Virus record (IMG/VR): IMGVR_UViG_3300031867_000069
Length of the DNA: 57,325 bases
Reading direction: 5' to 3' (one strand)
Source of the DNA: a virus
The notes beneath the pieces were generated by a model that saw only the letters and a list, made by a program, of their open reading frames with translations, made no database searches and was not told the origin of the DNA. Position numbers and translations under genes: made by a program. This document shows positions 1 to 12,000 of the stretch, piece by piece. The number at the start of each line of letters is the position of its first letter. Positions within the stretch are counted from its first letter, which is position 1.

Positions 1-1576
1 TGATCTAGTTAAAAACTCAGCCAAAGCAGCTATGGAGTTAGTCAAATTAGCAGAAGAAATTCCTAATACTGGTGGTTTAGTAGCCAAAATAACAGGTGAC
101 AATAGTCTTGCTGAATTTGGTAAAGAACTAGAACCATTCGGAACAAGTTTATCTGATTATTCTTATAATATATTAGGAATAGACACCGAATTGATAAAAC
201 AATCAGCGAGCGCAGCTCTTTCTTTGGCCAAAATGGCAAATTCTTTAGACGGTTATGACTATGATGATCTTGAAGATTTTCCAAGAGAAGATTTAACATC
301 GCTTGGAACTACTATGAAACAATATTCTGATAACGTAAACGGATTATCACTTTCTGATATTAGCAATTCATCATTTGCTTCCAAAATAATAGCATCTATG
401 ATTGACAAATTGTCTAAAATAGATTATTCCAAATTAAAGATGCTTCCTAATAATTTATCTGATTTTGGCGCTAAGTTAAAATCATATTCTTCATCTGTTT
501 CTGGTATAGATAAAGAAAAGATAGTTCATGCTTCTACTTCTGTTGAATCTATATCTAGAATGATGAAATCAATGAATGGGATAAATGTTTTGAGTATCAA
601 AGCGTTCAAGACAGGACTCGCTGATATATCAAAAACGGATATTAATAGTTTTGTTAAAGCATTTGAAGATTCAGCACCAAAAGCTTCATCTTCTATAAAA
701 GCACTTATTAAAGTTCTTAATGCTGATTTAAAGACTGGATCTAATACGTTAAAAAAGACTATTTTATCATCTCTTTCTGCTATGCTAAATTGCATAACAG
801 ATAAAAATGATGATTTTAAAAATAGCGGAATAAAAATAGTTAACAGCTTCATTAATGGTATTACTAAAAATAAGAAAAACATACCGAATTCTTTTACATC
901 GTCTTTAATGACGGCCGTTACTAGTATGAGAACAACATATTATGCTAAATTTTATAATGCAGGTTCATATTTAGTTACTGGATTTTGTAATGGTATAAGC
1001 GAAAATCAGTATAAAGTAGTTTCTAAAGCAAAAACCATGGCACTTTTTGCTGAGAAAGCAACGAAGAAACAATTAGGTATTCATTCTCCTTCTAAAATAT
1101 TTAGAAAGATTGGTTCCTTTATTCCTTTGGGATTTGCTCAAGGTATTGGCGACTTTGGTAGCATGATACAAAAATCATCAGCATCCATGGGAGACAGAGC
1201 AATAGATGGTACTAAAAATGCTATTTACAAGATTAGCAAAATAGCCAATATGGATATCGATTCTCAACCTACGATTCGTCCAGTAGTTGATCTTAGCGAC
1301 GTGTCTTCTAGTGTTAATTCTATGAATAAAATGTTTAACATTAATCCTTCCATTGGAGTTATTTCTAATGTTCGTTCTATTAGTTCATCTATGAATTCAA
1401 ATCAAAATGGAAATGGCATGCTGTTATCCGCTATTGATAAATTGAACGATAAGATGAAGAGCGGCGATAATGTTAATGTTACTGTTAATGTAGATTATAC
1501 ATCTGGAGAAAATGCGGATGAAATTGCTAATGATATAGCAGCAAGTTTGCAAAGAGCTATAAGGAGAGGTGTTTAA
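1..1576 (+). CDS. Tail tape measure protein, C-terminal segment (same ORF as 52048..57325, joined across the circular junction)
   Basis: The frame is open from base 2. The window end (...VATVNTDLVKNSAKA) continues in frame into DLVKNSAKAAMELVKLAEE. A GIHSPS motif is present and the stop is TAA 1574-1576. Track ORF 32..1576 starts at an internal Met only. Confidence 0.85.
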   Translation, partial: DLVKNSAKAAMELVKLAEEIPNTGGLVAKITGDNSLAEFGKELEPFGTSLSDYSYNILGIDTELIKQSASAALSLAKMANSLDGYDYDDLEDFPREDLTSLGTTMKQYSDNVNGLSLSDISNSSFASKIIASMIDKLSKIDYSKLKMLPNNLSDFGAKLKSYSSSVSGIDKEKIVHASTSVESISRMMKSMNGINVLSIKAFKTGLADISKTDINSFVKAFEDSAPKASSSIKALIKVLNADLKTGSNTLKKTILSSLSAMLNCITDKNDDFKNSGIKIVNSFINGITKNKKNIPNSFTSSLMTAVTSMRTTYYAKFYNAGSYLVTGFCNGISENQYKVVSKAKTMALFAEKATKKQLGIHSPSKIFRKIGSFIPLGFAQGIGDFGSMIQKSSASMGDRAIDGTKNAIYKISKIANMDIDSQPTIRPVVDLSDVSSSVNSMNKMFNINPSIGVISNVRSISSSMNSNQNGNGMLLSAIDKLNDKMKSGDNVNVTVNVDYTSGENADEIANDIAASLQRAIRRGV

Positions 1577-4500
1577 TGAATGATGTAAAAAAACCAACCG
1601 TTGGCCTTTCTAGAGATAATTATAATTTTGTACTGTCATTCGGACATCTGGATAGTAGACTCACAAATACTAATGATTATCATGGAGGTCGACACTATAA
1701 AAACGGTAGAATATGCATAGAAAGAGAAGTACATATAAAAGGTAGTTCTAAAATTATGGATAAAAAAACCGTTGAAATAGGCGCGGGAAATTCTTCATGG
1801 ACTTATAAACTCGATAAAAACGAGTATTACCCTTTTGTAAGTAAAGGCGAATCGCTTAACCGTAGAATTTCCAAAATAGTATTTAGAGTCTGGGTCAAAT
1901 TTGATGAGCGTTATAAAGAGACAAGTCCGGGTGGTCAATATATCGGTTATAGTTATAAAACTAAAAAATCCGAAAAGGTTACAAAAACATATGTGATGGA
2001 GGCTGCGGTGAAACCCACCGTGGCCATCGGATATACAGAAGATGGAACCGGTTTGTCTTTCGGTATTTATTTAAATAGTAATTACGCTATTGGGACAAAT
2101 ACTAGAAAAGTAAGTACCAGATGTTGGGGTTATTTGACTCGACAAATTTTGGGCAAAAAAGAAGAAATTGTATCTGGTTTCAAAGGAAAATGGTATAATT
2201 TGGAAGAAAATAACAGGAGCGTAAACAGGATAAGTTTCAAAAATGATATTAGTGGTTTTGACAATTTTGAAACTCCAGTAAAATATACTATTCGAGCTTA
2301 CTGTGCTGGTCCTGGCGGCAGATCTGAAATGGTAAAAAGAACTCATGTATTTGCTGTTCCAAAAATACAATCTGCTCCATCTGTCATCAAAAAAAATATT
2401 GGTTTTTATGGCGTAAAATGGCATATAGATACTAGTAGTGGCTGGCGACCAGTTGATAGTGTTTCCATTGAATACTGCGATAGTACCTCTTTCATAACTG
2501 ACGGGTATGGCGATGGGTCTTGGTCTACCGCTAAAGAAAATATTAATTATAAGATTACTTCGATCATGACTAATGACATAGGTAAGCCAGCAGCTGATTC
2601 GGCTAGATATTTTAGGTTAGTGGTTGTTCATGACGGCAACACAACATATTCGAGATTATCTAACGTTGTTCAATACGGAAAACTTAGTGGCATATCGCCA
2701 AGAGTTAATGATGTATCTGTTGGTGGCAAAAAAGTTGTGTCTATATCATGGGATAATATACCTAATTGTGTATTATATAAAGCAGGCGATTCTAGGAGTG
2801 TTAGAATAGAAATTTATGAAAAAGATACCAGTAATTTGATAAAAACCGTAAACTATAATTCTAACGAATGGAATAATAAAGAATGGGTGTACAATAAATA
2901 TGACGCCAATATAAATCCATATAAAAAATTCGCAGTTAAAGTAGTCGTTGGCGATAATAATGTAAAAGGCTATAGTGATTTAGAATGGGTTAAAGGCGGA
3001 ACCACTCCTGCCACCATAACAAAGGTTGTTGCTTCAAAATGGAAAAACAATACAACTTGTGAAGTATCATGGGTTAACCCGGTTGATGTAGATACCATTT
3101 ATAATGGGGTTCAAGTGGCATGGTCGGAAAATCCTGATATTTGGATGACGAATAATAACCCAAACACAGCAACATTCGACAATGTTAACATGACTAAAGT
3201 TTATATTACAGGTTTGTCATCTGGCAATATGTATTATTTCTGGGTAAGAAATTATAGAATTGAAGGAGAACAGACTATTTATGGTGATTGGTCAGAAATG
3301 TCTGCTGGCGTGTTAATGTCCGAAGATCCAGATATTCCGGTTTTAACTTTATCTCGTTCATGGGTAAAAGAAGGTTCTACACTGGCTGCACAATGGAATT
3401 ATGTAGCAAGTGCCAATTGCCCACAAACGGAGGCTAAAATTGAGTATAGCCATTACAAAGGTTTTCAGCAATTATATAAAGTATTGGCGAAGGTTGACGG
3501 AGAAGAAGATCGTTGCGATATTGACACAACTGTTATGGAACCTTACGAAACAGGTTCATCCAGTGTATTTGAATTAAACTATGGTAGCAGTTCTATTAAA
3601 AAATATTCTAGCATAATGTTGTATATTGATCGAAATTGGATTAATAAAGATGATATATTACATGTTAAATGGTTTTATACCGATGGCACTGCATATGGCG
3701 CTTTACAAAAACCGACAGATGTGCAAAACTATACTCAGCTGAATGCTGGTATTCAGTATACATCAGATGATATATACGATGATGACATAACACCTATATG
3801 GAATATGTTAGGCGATTCATCTGCTCAAAATGGAGAACAAGAATTAGATATTAATCTTGATTCCGATATAAAATGTAGACGTTATTATATAAAAATGTTA
3901 TCTACTCATAAGATAAACGGTTCTACTGTATCGCTAGAGTCTAATCCAATACCTTTGGATATCGTTAATCGCCATTATTTAAGAGTTGTGGTTAGTAATA
4001 ATCATGGATCAACACCATCTGAACCTGTGGAATTAATTCTAGCGAGAAAACCTCGTTGCATTTTGCAACCTAGTAATTCGTTGACGACTGTTACTCGTGA
4101 AGATACTTCAAAAGAAATAAAGGTTCTTAAAGATTCATATTTTAGTGTATATGTAGCCGGAACAGGAACTTTAAAACTTTATTTGTATGTTTTGGATACA
4201 TTCGAGCATGAAAGACCTGACAAAACTGATATCTTATATGAAAATGATTGTGTTTGGTCTGCTACTGTTGAAGAAGGCGAGTATACAATATTGGGAGCTA
4301 ATCTCGTAGATAATTGTAAATATCGTTTACAATTAGAGTGTACAGATCCAGATACTTCTTTAACTGCTGATCCTCAATATATCGACTTTGAAGTTCATTG
4401 GAGTCATCAGGCTGTTGCACCGGCTGATTCTAAAATTTTAGTTGGCTATAAATTGGATTCAAAAGGCGATTATATTTTAAATGAGGATGGAGAAAAAACC

Positions 4501-5130
4501 ATAGATGAAGGTGCTGCTTATTTAATCCCTGTAAAGCCAGAAGGGGCAGATGAAACGGATGTGTGCGACATATATCGTAGTACATCTGACGGAAGATATT
4601 TATGTAAAAAAGATGTTCCTTGGGGATCTGTAATAAGAGATGTGCTTCCTTCTTTTGGTGATGAGTTCGAGCATTCATATTGTTTCTGCACAAGAACAAA
4701 GAATGGCGATGAAGAATGGATTGATATTCCATACGAATTAAAAGGTACCGGAACAATTATAAATTATGGTGACGATAGAATAGCTTTACCTTGGGATGTA
4801 ACCATTGATGATAGCAGGACTAAGCAAGGTGAAACTCGTTATCATCTCGGGGGATCTAAAGCATATTACGCTCTTCCTTATATAGAACGAAGTGTTAGTA
4901 TTAATGCTAAATTAGTAAAGAATGAAAATGAAGATCTTGTAGAAAAGTTGTATGATTTATCAAGATTTTCAAACGTTTGCTATGTTAGAACATCAAATAA
5001 CTTAGGCTATCCTGCCACTGTTGATGTTTCTATAAATAGAGAATTTAATAACCAAATACTGTCAATTTCTTTGAGCATTAAGGAAACCGAAGTAAAAGAT
5101 GAGTATTTGGGCGATTTGATAACAGAATGA
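1576..5130 (+). CDS. Large tail/baseplate structural protein (1184 aa, distal-tail-protein position)
   Basis: The ATG overlaps the TMP stop (TAATG) and AAGGAGAGG lies upstream. It sits immediately downstream of the TMP. I recognise no catalytic motif. Confidence 0.6.
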   Translation: MNDVKKPTVGLSRDNYNFVLSFGHLDSRLTNTNDYHGGRHYKNGRICIEREVHIKGSSKIMDKKTVEIGAGNSSWTYKLDKNEYYPFVSKGESLNRRISKIVFRVWVKFDERYKETSPGGQYIGYSYKTKKSEKVTKTYVMEAAVKPTVAIGYTEDGTGLSFGIYLNSNYAIGTNTRKVSTRCWGYLTRQILGKKEEIVSGFKGKWYNLEENNRSVNRISFKNDISGFDNFETPVKYTIRAYCAGPGGRSEMVKRTHVFAVPKIQSAPSVIKKNIGFYGVKWHIDTSSGWRPVDSVSIEYCDSTSFITDGYGDGSWSTAKENINYKITSIMTNDIGKPAADSARYFRLVVVHDGNTTYSRLSNVVQYGKLSGISPRVNDVSVGGKKVVSISWDNIPNCVLYKAGDSRSVRIEIYEKDTSNLIKTVNYNSNEWNNKEWVYNKYDANINPYKKFAVKVVVGDNNVKGYSDLEWVKGGTTPATITKVVASKWKNNTTCEVSWVNPVDVDTIYNGVQVAWSENPDIWMTNNNPNTATFDNVNMTKVYITGLSSGNMYYFWVRNYRIEGEQTIYGDWSEMSAGVLMSEDPDIPVLTLSRSWVKEGSTLAAQWNYVASANCPQTEAKIEYSHYKGFQQLYKVLAKVDGEEDRCDIDTTVMEPYETGSSSVFELNYGSSSIKKYSSIMLYIDRNWINKDDILHVKWFYTDGTAYGALQKPTDVQNYTQLNAGIQYTSDDIYDDDITPIWNMLGDSSAQNGEQELDINLDSDIKCRRYYIKMLSTHKINGSTVSLESNPIPLDIVNRHYLRVVVSNNHGSTPSEPVELILARKPRCILQPSNSLTTVTREDTSKEIKVLKDSYFSVYVAGTGTLKLYLYVLDTFEHERPDKTDILYENDCVWSATVEEGEYTILGANLVDNCKYRLQLECTDPDTSLTADPQYIDFEVHWSHQAVAPADSKILVGYKLDSKGDYILNEDGEKTIDEGAAYLIPVKPEGADETDVCDIYRSTSDGRYLCKKDVPWGSVIRDVLPSFGDEFEHSYCFCTRTKNGDEEWIDIPYELKGTGTIINYGDDRIALPWDVTIDDSRTKQGETRYHLGGSKAYYALPYIERSVSINAKLVKNENEDLVEKLYDLSRFSNVCYVRTSNNLGYPATVDVSINREFNNQILSISLSIKETEVKDEYLGDLITE

Positions 5131-5147
5131 TAAAAGGAGGTTTTAAT

Positions 5148-6173
5148 ATGAATTGGAGTCAAGGATATACTTCAAAATGGAAATTATATTCTGTTGATAA
5201 AGAAACATGGGGAGAAAAAGAAGAAATCGAAAAGTTTGTTTCAGCGTCTATCACAAAAGATACAGATAGTAGTTTGATAGAAGATGCTAGTATATCCATT
5301 GATGGTGAACCAGTTAACGGATATGTTCGAATAGTATTGGAGGCAAAAGGAATAGAAGGCTTTGCCAGAGTTGATATGGGAACTTTCTTAGTTACATCGC
5401 CAAAAAGATCTATAAAAGGAACATTATCTACTATAGATTTACAATGCTATAGCGTATTAAAACCTGCCGATGATAAATTACTGCCTCCTGGATGGTATTT
5501 TCCAGAAGGCGGTGATCCTATCGCTGGAGCTTCAACATTATTAAGTGAATCACTTCAATGTCCTGTTGATCCGACGGAATCGGACATAAAGACAGACGAA
5601 ATAAAAGTTGCTGAAAGTAACGAAACGGTTTTATCCATGGTTAACTATTTGTTAACCGACACCGATTATTTCATAGATATTAACGGAAAAGGTAGAGTCA
5701 CTATCAAGAAGAAAACAGATGAAATTAAAGCAACTTTTGACACTAAAGAAAACGATGTGCTTATGTCTGAACTTTCTGATGAAAGTGATATTTTTGATAT
5801 ACCAAATGTATTAAGAGTAAGTGATAGTAATGGTCATTATCAAACATTAGTTAACAATGATGAAAATTCTGAAACATCTGTTGATAAACTAGGCTGGGAA
5901 AAATGGTCTGCCGAACAGTTGACATTAGACGCGGATGAAACATTAACAAGCAAAGGATCTGAACGTTTAGAAGAATTATCAAAATCCACTAGAAAAATTG
6001 ATTATACTAGGGAATTTAATCCTGATATAAATGTTAATGACATGGTAGCTTTTGTGTTACCACGACAAGGTATTTTAGGTTCATTTAGAATAATAAGCCA
6101 ATCTTTAACGATTGGGTCCGGAGCAACCGTTAAAGAGATTGCTCAATTTGAAAGTGAAAATTGGAGGGCTTAA
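5148..6173 (+). CDS. Tail/baseplate structural protein (341 aa)
   Basis: SD AAAAGGAGG lies before ATG 5148 (the track start 5127 is upstream of the SD). Called by tail-module synteny. Confidence 0.55.
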   Translation: MNWSQGYTSKWKLYSVDKETWGEKEEIEKFVSASITKDTDSSLIEDASISIDGEPVNGYVRIVLEAKGIEGFARVDMGTFLVTSPKRSIKGTLSTIDLQCYSVLKPADDKLLPPGWYFPEGGDPIAGASTLLSESLQCPVDPTESDIKTDEIKVAESNETVLSMVNYLLTDTDYFIDINGKGRVTIKKKTDEIKATFDTKENDVLMSELSDESDIFDIPNVLRVSDSNGHYQTLVNNDENSETSVDKLGWEKWSAEQLTLDADETLTSKGSERLEELSKSTRKIDYTREFNPDINVNDMVAFVLPRQGILGSFRIISQSLTIGSGATVKEIAQFESENWRA

Positions 6174-6174
6174 A

Positions 6175-7614
6175 ATGGATTTAAAAACTCAAAAGATATT
6201 AGTGGAAAGCATTGCAAAAACTCAAGATTCAAAAATAGCACCTTACACTACTACTGGTGTTGTAACCAGTGTTAGTGACGATATAATATATGTCAGGTTA
6301 CAAGGTAGTGATAATTCCACACCGATAAAGAAAACATCTGTTTCGGTCAAAATGGGCGACACAGTAGACGTTTCAGTTTCACATTCCGATACTCATATTA
6401 CAGGCAATAGAAGTGATGTTGCAATGAATGCAACAACCACCAATGATATATCGAAGCAATATGCCGAAGAAGTAAAAGATGAAATCAATTTAAAGTATGC
6501 AAAGATTCAAGATTTAGATGTAGCAAATGCTAACATCGAAAATCTAAAAGCGAACAAAGCAGAAATTGATGATTTAAAAGCAATAAATGCAGATGTAGAT
6601 AATCTAAAAGCTAAAGATTTAGAAATAACAAATCTCGTTGCTAACAAAGCCGAAATAAAAGATTTAGATGCTGCTAATGCTAATATCGAATACTTAAAGG
6701 CTCATTCTGCTGACATCGATTTTTCTAATATTGGTACAGCAGCTATTGAAAAGATATTTTCAGATACCGGCTTGATAAAGAATTTGGTTGTGGGTGATCA
6801 AACCATAACCGGTAATCTTGTTGGTGTTACTATCAATGGCGATCTGATTGAAGGTAACACGATTAAAGCTGATAAATTGGTAGTACTCGGTTCAGACGGT
6901 TTATATTACAAGCTTAATGTGAATGGATCAAGTATTGAACAGGAACAAACAGATTATAATAGTTTGAATGGCTCCAATATTCAAGCAAAATCAATCACAG
7001 CAAGTAAAATAGCTGTAGACGATTTGGTAGCATTTGGTGCTACTATAGGTGGTTTTCATATAACTAATAAATCCATATATTCCGGGGTTAAAAATAACAT
7101 TGATGATAAAACACATGGCGTATATCTCGATAGTGATGGCCAAATAGCCATTGGCGATAGCAATAATTATGTAAAATTTTACAAGAATCAAAATGGAGAA
7201 TATAAACTTGCTATAGCGGCTGAAGAAATAACTATGGGCAGTGTTTCAGGTAAAACTCTTGAAGATGAACTTAGAGACATGAATGAAAAAATGGAAACCA
7301 TGAAAGACGAAATAACTACTAATTTAGTAATTGAATCTTCTAGAGGAACCGTATTTAAAAATAATAGTGTTTCCACCGTATTATCAGTTGTGATATATCG
7401 TGGCTCTGAAAGAATCATAGACATCGATCATCTACATTCTTCTATGGGCGATAATACATATTTACAATGGAAATGGCAAAGACTGAATGAGGATTCATTC
7501 GGTATTATTTCTTCTAGTGATAGTAGAATCGGAAACGATGGATTTACTTTTACTTTATCGCCAGAAGACGTAGACACAAAAGTTACTTTTATGTGTGAAC
7601 TTATTAGCAGTTAG
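6175..7614 (+). CDS. Tail fibre/baseplate protein with coiled-coil repeats (479 aa)
   Basis: SD GGAGGG lies before ATG 6175. It carries the repeat run DLDVANANIENLKANKAEIDDLKAINADVDNLKAKDLEITNLVANKAEIKDLDAANANIEYLKA. Confidence 0.6.
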   Translation: MDLKTQKILVESIAKTQDSKIAPYTTTGVVTSVSDDIIYVRLQGSDNSTPIKKTSVSVKMGDTVDVSVSHSDTHITGNRSDVAMNATTTNDISKQYAEEVKDEINLKYAKIQDLDVANANIENLKANKAEIDDLKAINADVDNLKAKDLEITNLVANKAEIKDLDAANANIEYLKAHSADIDFSNIGTAAIEKIFSDTGLIKNLVVGDQTITGNLVGVTINGDLIEGNTIKADKLVVLGSDGLYYKLNVNGSSIEQEQTDYNSLNGSNIQAKSITASKIAVDDLVAFGATIGGFHITNKSIYSGVKNNIDDKTHGVYLDSDGQIAIGDSNNYVKFYKNQNGEYKLAIAAEEITMGSVSGKTLEDELRDMNEKMETMKDEITTNLVIESSRGTVFKNNSVSTVLSVVIYRGSERIIDIDHLHSSMGDNTYLQWKWQRLNEDSFGIISSSDSRIGNDGFTFTLSPEDVDTKVTFMCELISS

Positions 7615-7629
7615 GTGGGTGGGTTTTTA

Positions 7630-7755
7630 ATGTATGTAGATATTTTCGATGGTGTTTGGAATGTCGGGTTTATTAATCATGATACAGGTGCAATAGAACC
7701 CGAGACCGAAAGCTCTTTATATTCTAATTCAATTTCAATTAAAAAAAAATACTAA
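7630..7755 (+). CDS. Short ORF (41 aa) terminating just after an A9 tract; possibly the 5' part of a frameshifted long tail-fibre isoform
   Basis: GGTGGGTGGG lies before ATG 7630. The stop TAA 7753-7755 is 4 nt past A9 (7741-7749). The +1 frame is open from 7697 to 9043. Confidence 0.3.
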   Translation: MYVDIFDGVWNVGFINHDTGAIEPETESSLYSNSISIKKKY

Positions 7756-7972
7756 TTATGTTTTCGGATTTAATGACAATTCTAAAATCGGTAATTGTCG
7801 AATTAGAATTTGGTCTTCAGACGGAAAATATGTTGGAAGTATAGATACAATACAACCTAGTTCTGTGGATAATACATATTCGTCACCTGACGATCAAATT
7901 ATACGAATTTTAATGTATAGCGGTCTTACTAATGAACAAAAAACCAATTTTTATTTTAAGGAGGAACGAAAT

Positions 7973-9043
7973 ATGGCTATTAAATCAGCCGATCAAATTA
8001 CAATCGTTGATGTTACCGATGCCTATTCGGTTATGTTAACAAGCGAAGCGTATACATTTGTAGGTAATACAAGCGGAGCTCCATCAGGTCTGTCTTGCAG
8101 CACCGAAGCTGTAGCATTCTGCGGAACAAATCAGTGTTCAGTATTAACAGTAAACAAAGATGATATCACACTTCCTACAGGATTTAGTGCTACTGTAGAA
8201 AATAGTGGTACATCGAGAGTGAAGATTACCTTTACCACAACAGCTACTATCACGGCGGCTTGCGAAGCAACTATTCCAGTAGTAGTAGATGGTATTACAA
8301 TGAATAAAAAGTTCTCATTTGCAATAGCCAAAGCCGGCACAAATGGTACGAACGGTAAAAACGGAACATCAGTAACAGTAAGTTCCACATCCGTTACATA
8401 TCAAGTTGGAACTAGTGGTACCACCAAACCAACTGGTACTTGGCAGTCATCCATTCCTTCCGTTGGCAAAGGTCAATATCTCTGGACAAAGACAGTTGTG
8501 TCATATTCGGATGGTAAGTCAACTGAAGCCTATGCTGTTTCATACCAGGGTGTCAATGGTACAGACGGCACGTCTGTAACTATATCATCCACATCCGTTA
8601 CATATCAGGCAAGTTCAAGTGGTACAACACCACCAACTGATACTTGGAACACATCTGTGCCATCAGTATCCAACGGACAATTCTTATGGACTAAAACGGT
8701 TGTAAACTACTCCGACGGTAAATCTACTACATCTTACAGTGTTTCATATAAAGGCACAAATGGTACGAACGGTAAAAACGGTGAAGATGCAATTACCCTT
8801 ACAATCACTACTTCCAATGGTACTGTATTTAAGAACAACTCAGGTTCAACCATTCTTACAGCTCATGTGTTCAAAGGCGCTGTAGAGCAAACAGTCGCCG
8901 ATAACGGTACAGTATCTGGTCTTGGAACAATTAAATGGTATAAAGTTGGCAATTCAACAGCGGTTGCTACAGCAAAAACTTTAACTGTCTCAGCAAATGA
9001 CGTAACAAATTCTCAGGCGTATACTTGTCAGCTTGAAGGATAA
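7973..9043 (+). CDS. Tail fibre protein with two ~64-aa tandem repeats (356 aa)
   Basis: Strong SD AAGGAGG lies 8 nt before ATG 7973. The unit SVT(V/I)SSTSVTYQ..SGTT.PT.TW..S.PSV..GQ(Y/F)LWTKTVV.YSDGKST occurs twice, flanked by GTNGKNG. Confidence 0.65.
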   Translation: MAIKSADQITIVDVTDAYSVMLTSEAYTFVGNTSGAPSGLSCSTEAVAFCGTNQCSVLTVNKDDITLPTGFSATVENSGTSRVKITFTTTATITAACEATIPVVVDGITMNKKFSFAIAKAGTNGTNGKNGTSVTVSSTSVTYQVGTSGTTKPTGTWQSSIPSVGKGQYLWTKTVVSYSDGKSTEAYAVSYQGVNGTDGTSVTISSTSVTYQASSSGTTPPTDTWNTSVPSVSNGQFLWTKTVVNYSDGKSTTSYSVSYKGTNGTNGKNGEDAITLTITTSNGTVFKNNSGSTILTAHVFKGAVEQTVADNGTVSGLGTIKWYKVGNSTAVATAKTLTVSANDVTNSQAYTCQLEG

Positions 9044-9057
9044 GGAGGCGTTTGGTA

Positions 9058-12000
9058 ATGGCAGTAAAAGCTAAAGCTACAATAACAATCTCAAGAATCG
9101 TTGACATCCAATCTGTCACTAGATATTATCTATTGCAATCTTCTACGGCTAGTACACCAAGTAAACCAACTACAAATCCACCTGGCGGCAATTGGGTAAC
9201 AGTAGAGCCAGCATTTCAAAATGGTTCTACTAATACTTTATATTCTGTTGAATTAACTGTATTTTCGGATGATTCGTTTGATTATTCAGATGTTTCTAAA
9301 TCCACAAGTTATGAAGCTGCAAAAGAAGCGTGGAATAAGGCTAACAATGCTCAAAATACCGCCAACAGTGCAAATGCTAAAATTTCTAATTTAAATATTG
9401 GAGGACGAAATTTAATTAAGCATGGCCAAGGCGATAAACAAAAAGGTTTTTTCAAAAGTTTTAGTATTAATGGTGATGGTTATTTGGAAGCATCTATGAC
9501 TTCTAAAAATACCAATGCTACAATTAAATTAGATGAAGCATTTGTCATAAAACCAAGAGATTATCCTGTCGGAGAAACTTATATTTGGTCTTATGATATT
9601 ATGTATACGAAATGGGATTTTCCAGAAGGATCAACTTGTAATGCTTTATGGATGGGCCAACGTTACACTAATGCTCCGTCAGGTCAAACTTCTACTGGAC
9701 AATGGACTAGAATAACGGCTCATGATTTACCAAAAGTTGGTTCTAACGGTTGTGAATTAAATAAGTGGTATCATGTAGAGCAACTTATTACCATTCCCGT
9801 TCAAGCTTCCGATAACGTTGGGGTTGGTTCACAGTTTGAGTTTTACAACCAAAGCACAACCGTGGCAGCATCTATATCTATGCGATTTAAAAACGTCAAA
9901 CTGGAACATGGTAATATCGCTACTGATTGGACTCCGGCACCAGAAGATTTGGATGAATTAGTAACTAAGCTTGATGTTATGAAAATAGGCGGAGAAAATT
10001 TATTGTCTAATAGTAAGGAATTACCTACTGATATATACAATATTGGTGGAGGTTCAATCGACATCAGCACATATAAAGGTTTTAAAGTTTCAACCGGAGT
10101 TTGTAATAAAGATACACGTTTTACTGATATTCTATCTTATAATGGTAAGATTTCGCCAAAAGCGGATACATATTACACATTATCTTTCTACGCAAAAGCC
10201 AGTAAAAATGGTTTTATAATGAAATCTTTTTTTTATCCTGACTGTACAGTAATGATAAATGCTCCTGATGGTAATTCGTCTGGTAAATTTTCTAATTCTG
10301 GCGACGGCATGTCTGATAATATATTGACTACTGAATGGAAAAGATACTGGGTTAGATGGAAGACCACTAGTTCCGTATCTGGCGTCAAAAATATTCTTAT
10401 ATGTAGATTACAAGCAGATGTTAATCACTCAACTAATGACGGAGTTCAAGTTTGGGTATGCGCTCCTAGATTGGAAGAAAATACTTTTAATACTAATTGG
10501 GCCCCTAATTTAATGGATATCGAATCTGAAGTAACGGAGCAAGGAGCTGTAATGCACGTTATGAAAGATTCAATTGAATTGAAAGCTGACAAAACCGAAG
10601 TTACTAAATTAGGCGATGATGTTAAAAATTTAACCTCCACTACGAATAGTCAGTTTAAGCAAATGTCCGATTCTTTAACCGCCACAGTTTCTTCCGTAAA
10701 CCAAATTAAATCTAATTATAAATTAGGAGTTTATCATCGGGCTAATGGGGATTCGACTAAAAACGGATGTATATCTTTCGCTAGAATCACTATAAAAAAT
10801 GCTTGGTGCGGAACTCCTATATCTTTTGGTATTATTTCTACAACTAAGCAATATTATAATATTAATGTGCGCTTTAAGCATGCCAACACAACTGATCCAG
10901 ATTTAGATTATATTTCTTGTGATGGAAATGTTGATGTGTATGCTCACAAAGTCGGTACTTCTACTTGGGATATTTTATGTTCTAAAGACGATGGAGGAAA
11001 ATCGGATTTTGTTTTGGTATCTGATTATATTTTCAATTCTAGTAACACAGAATTGTTATCCAATGACACCGCTCAAACAAAATCTATTGGTGTTAAATGG
11101 ATTGATCAACATTATGATACTCCTACGGAAGCACAATTAAATAGCAAAGAATATATCAAAGCTGAACAATTAGCTGGTAAAATGACTAAGGAGACCATTA
11201 CGTCCGAAGTTAAACAAACTGCAGAAGGTTTGACAGTTAAACTAAATAAATCTTACCATGATACAAGTAATTATTCTCAGTTAAATATCAATACTGCTTC
11301 ATCTTGGAATTTTAATTATGATAATACCGCGGATGGTAGATGGTATACTCCAAAAACAATGGCAAGAGATATACCTATTTCTGATTTTTACGAATGCCTT
11401 GGCGGAGAAAAATTCAAAATAGAATTCGAGATATCAACTTCTGTTAAGGGTTCTTCTACATATGGAGGAACTGATCAGGTTTTTGTAGGGACAACAGTTG
11501 AGATATTTGGATTGGATGATACTAATAAATATAATTCATATTTAGCACCAACACCAATAGTCTCAGGACAAAGCACTAGAATAATGGGGACTGATGCGGC
11601 AACGCCCGTGAAAGTTGCAGGTTCAATAACTATTCCAACAAAATGTCGAAGATTCAGAGTCTTTATTCAGACAGATGGTTGGGGCAATTGGGCCGGCACT
11701 TTAAAGATCAGAAATATCGTAGTTAGTAAGATTAACGCGGTTTCTGATGCTGCTAGTACAGCTCAGTCTACGGCTAATACAGCCAGAACAGAGGCTGCTA
11801 ATGCCGCTAAAACAGCTACTAATTATTTAGGTTTCTCTAGTGCTGGTTTAACTGTTGGCGACTTATCCAAAGACACGTTAGGAAATAACGTAAACATTAA
11901 TTCCAGCAGTGTTGATATTCGTAACGGGCAAAAAGTTCTTGCTAGTTATGGTTCGGATACAATCTTATATAACAATGGATTAGAAGTGTTTTCAATCAAG

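Noticed and set aside
8340-8780. The two ~190-nt repeats in the tail-fibre gene considered as a diversity-generating retroelement template/variable pair.
   Set aside because: No reverse transcriptase gene is present. The differences between the copies are spread over all base types rather than being adenine-specific.
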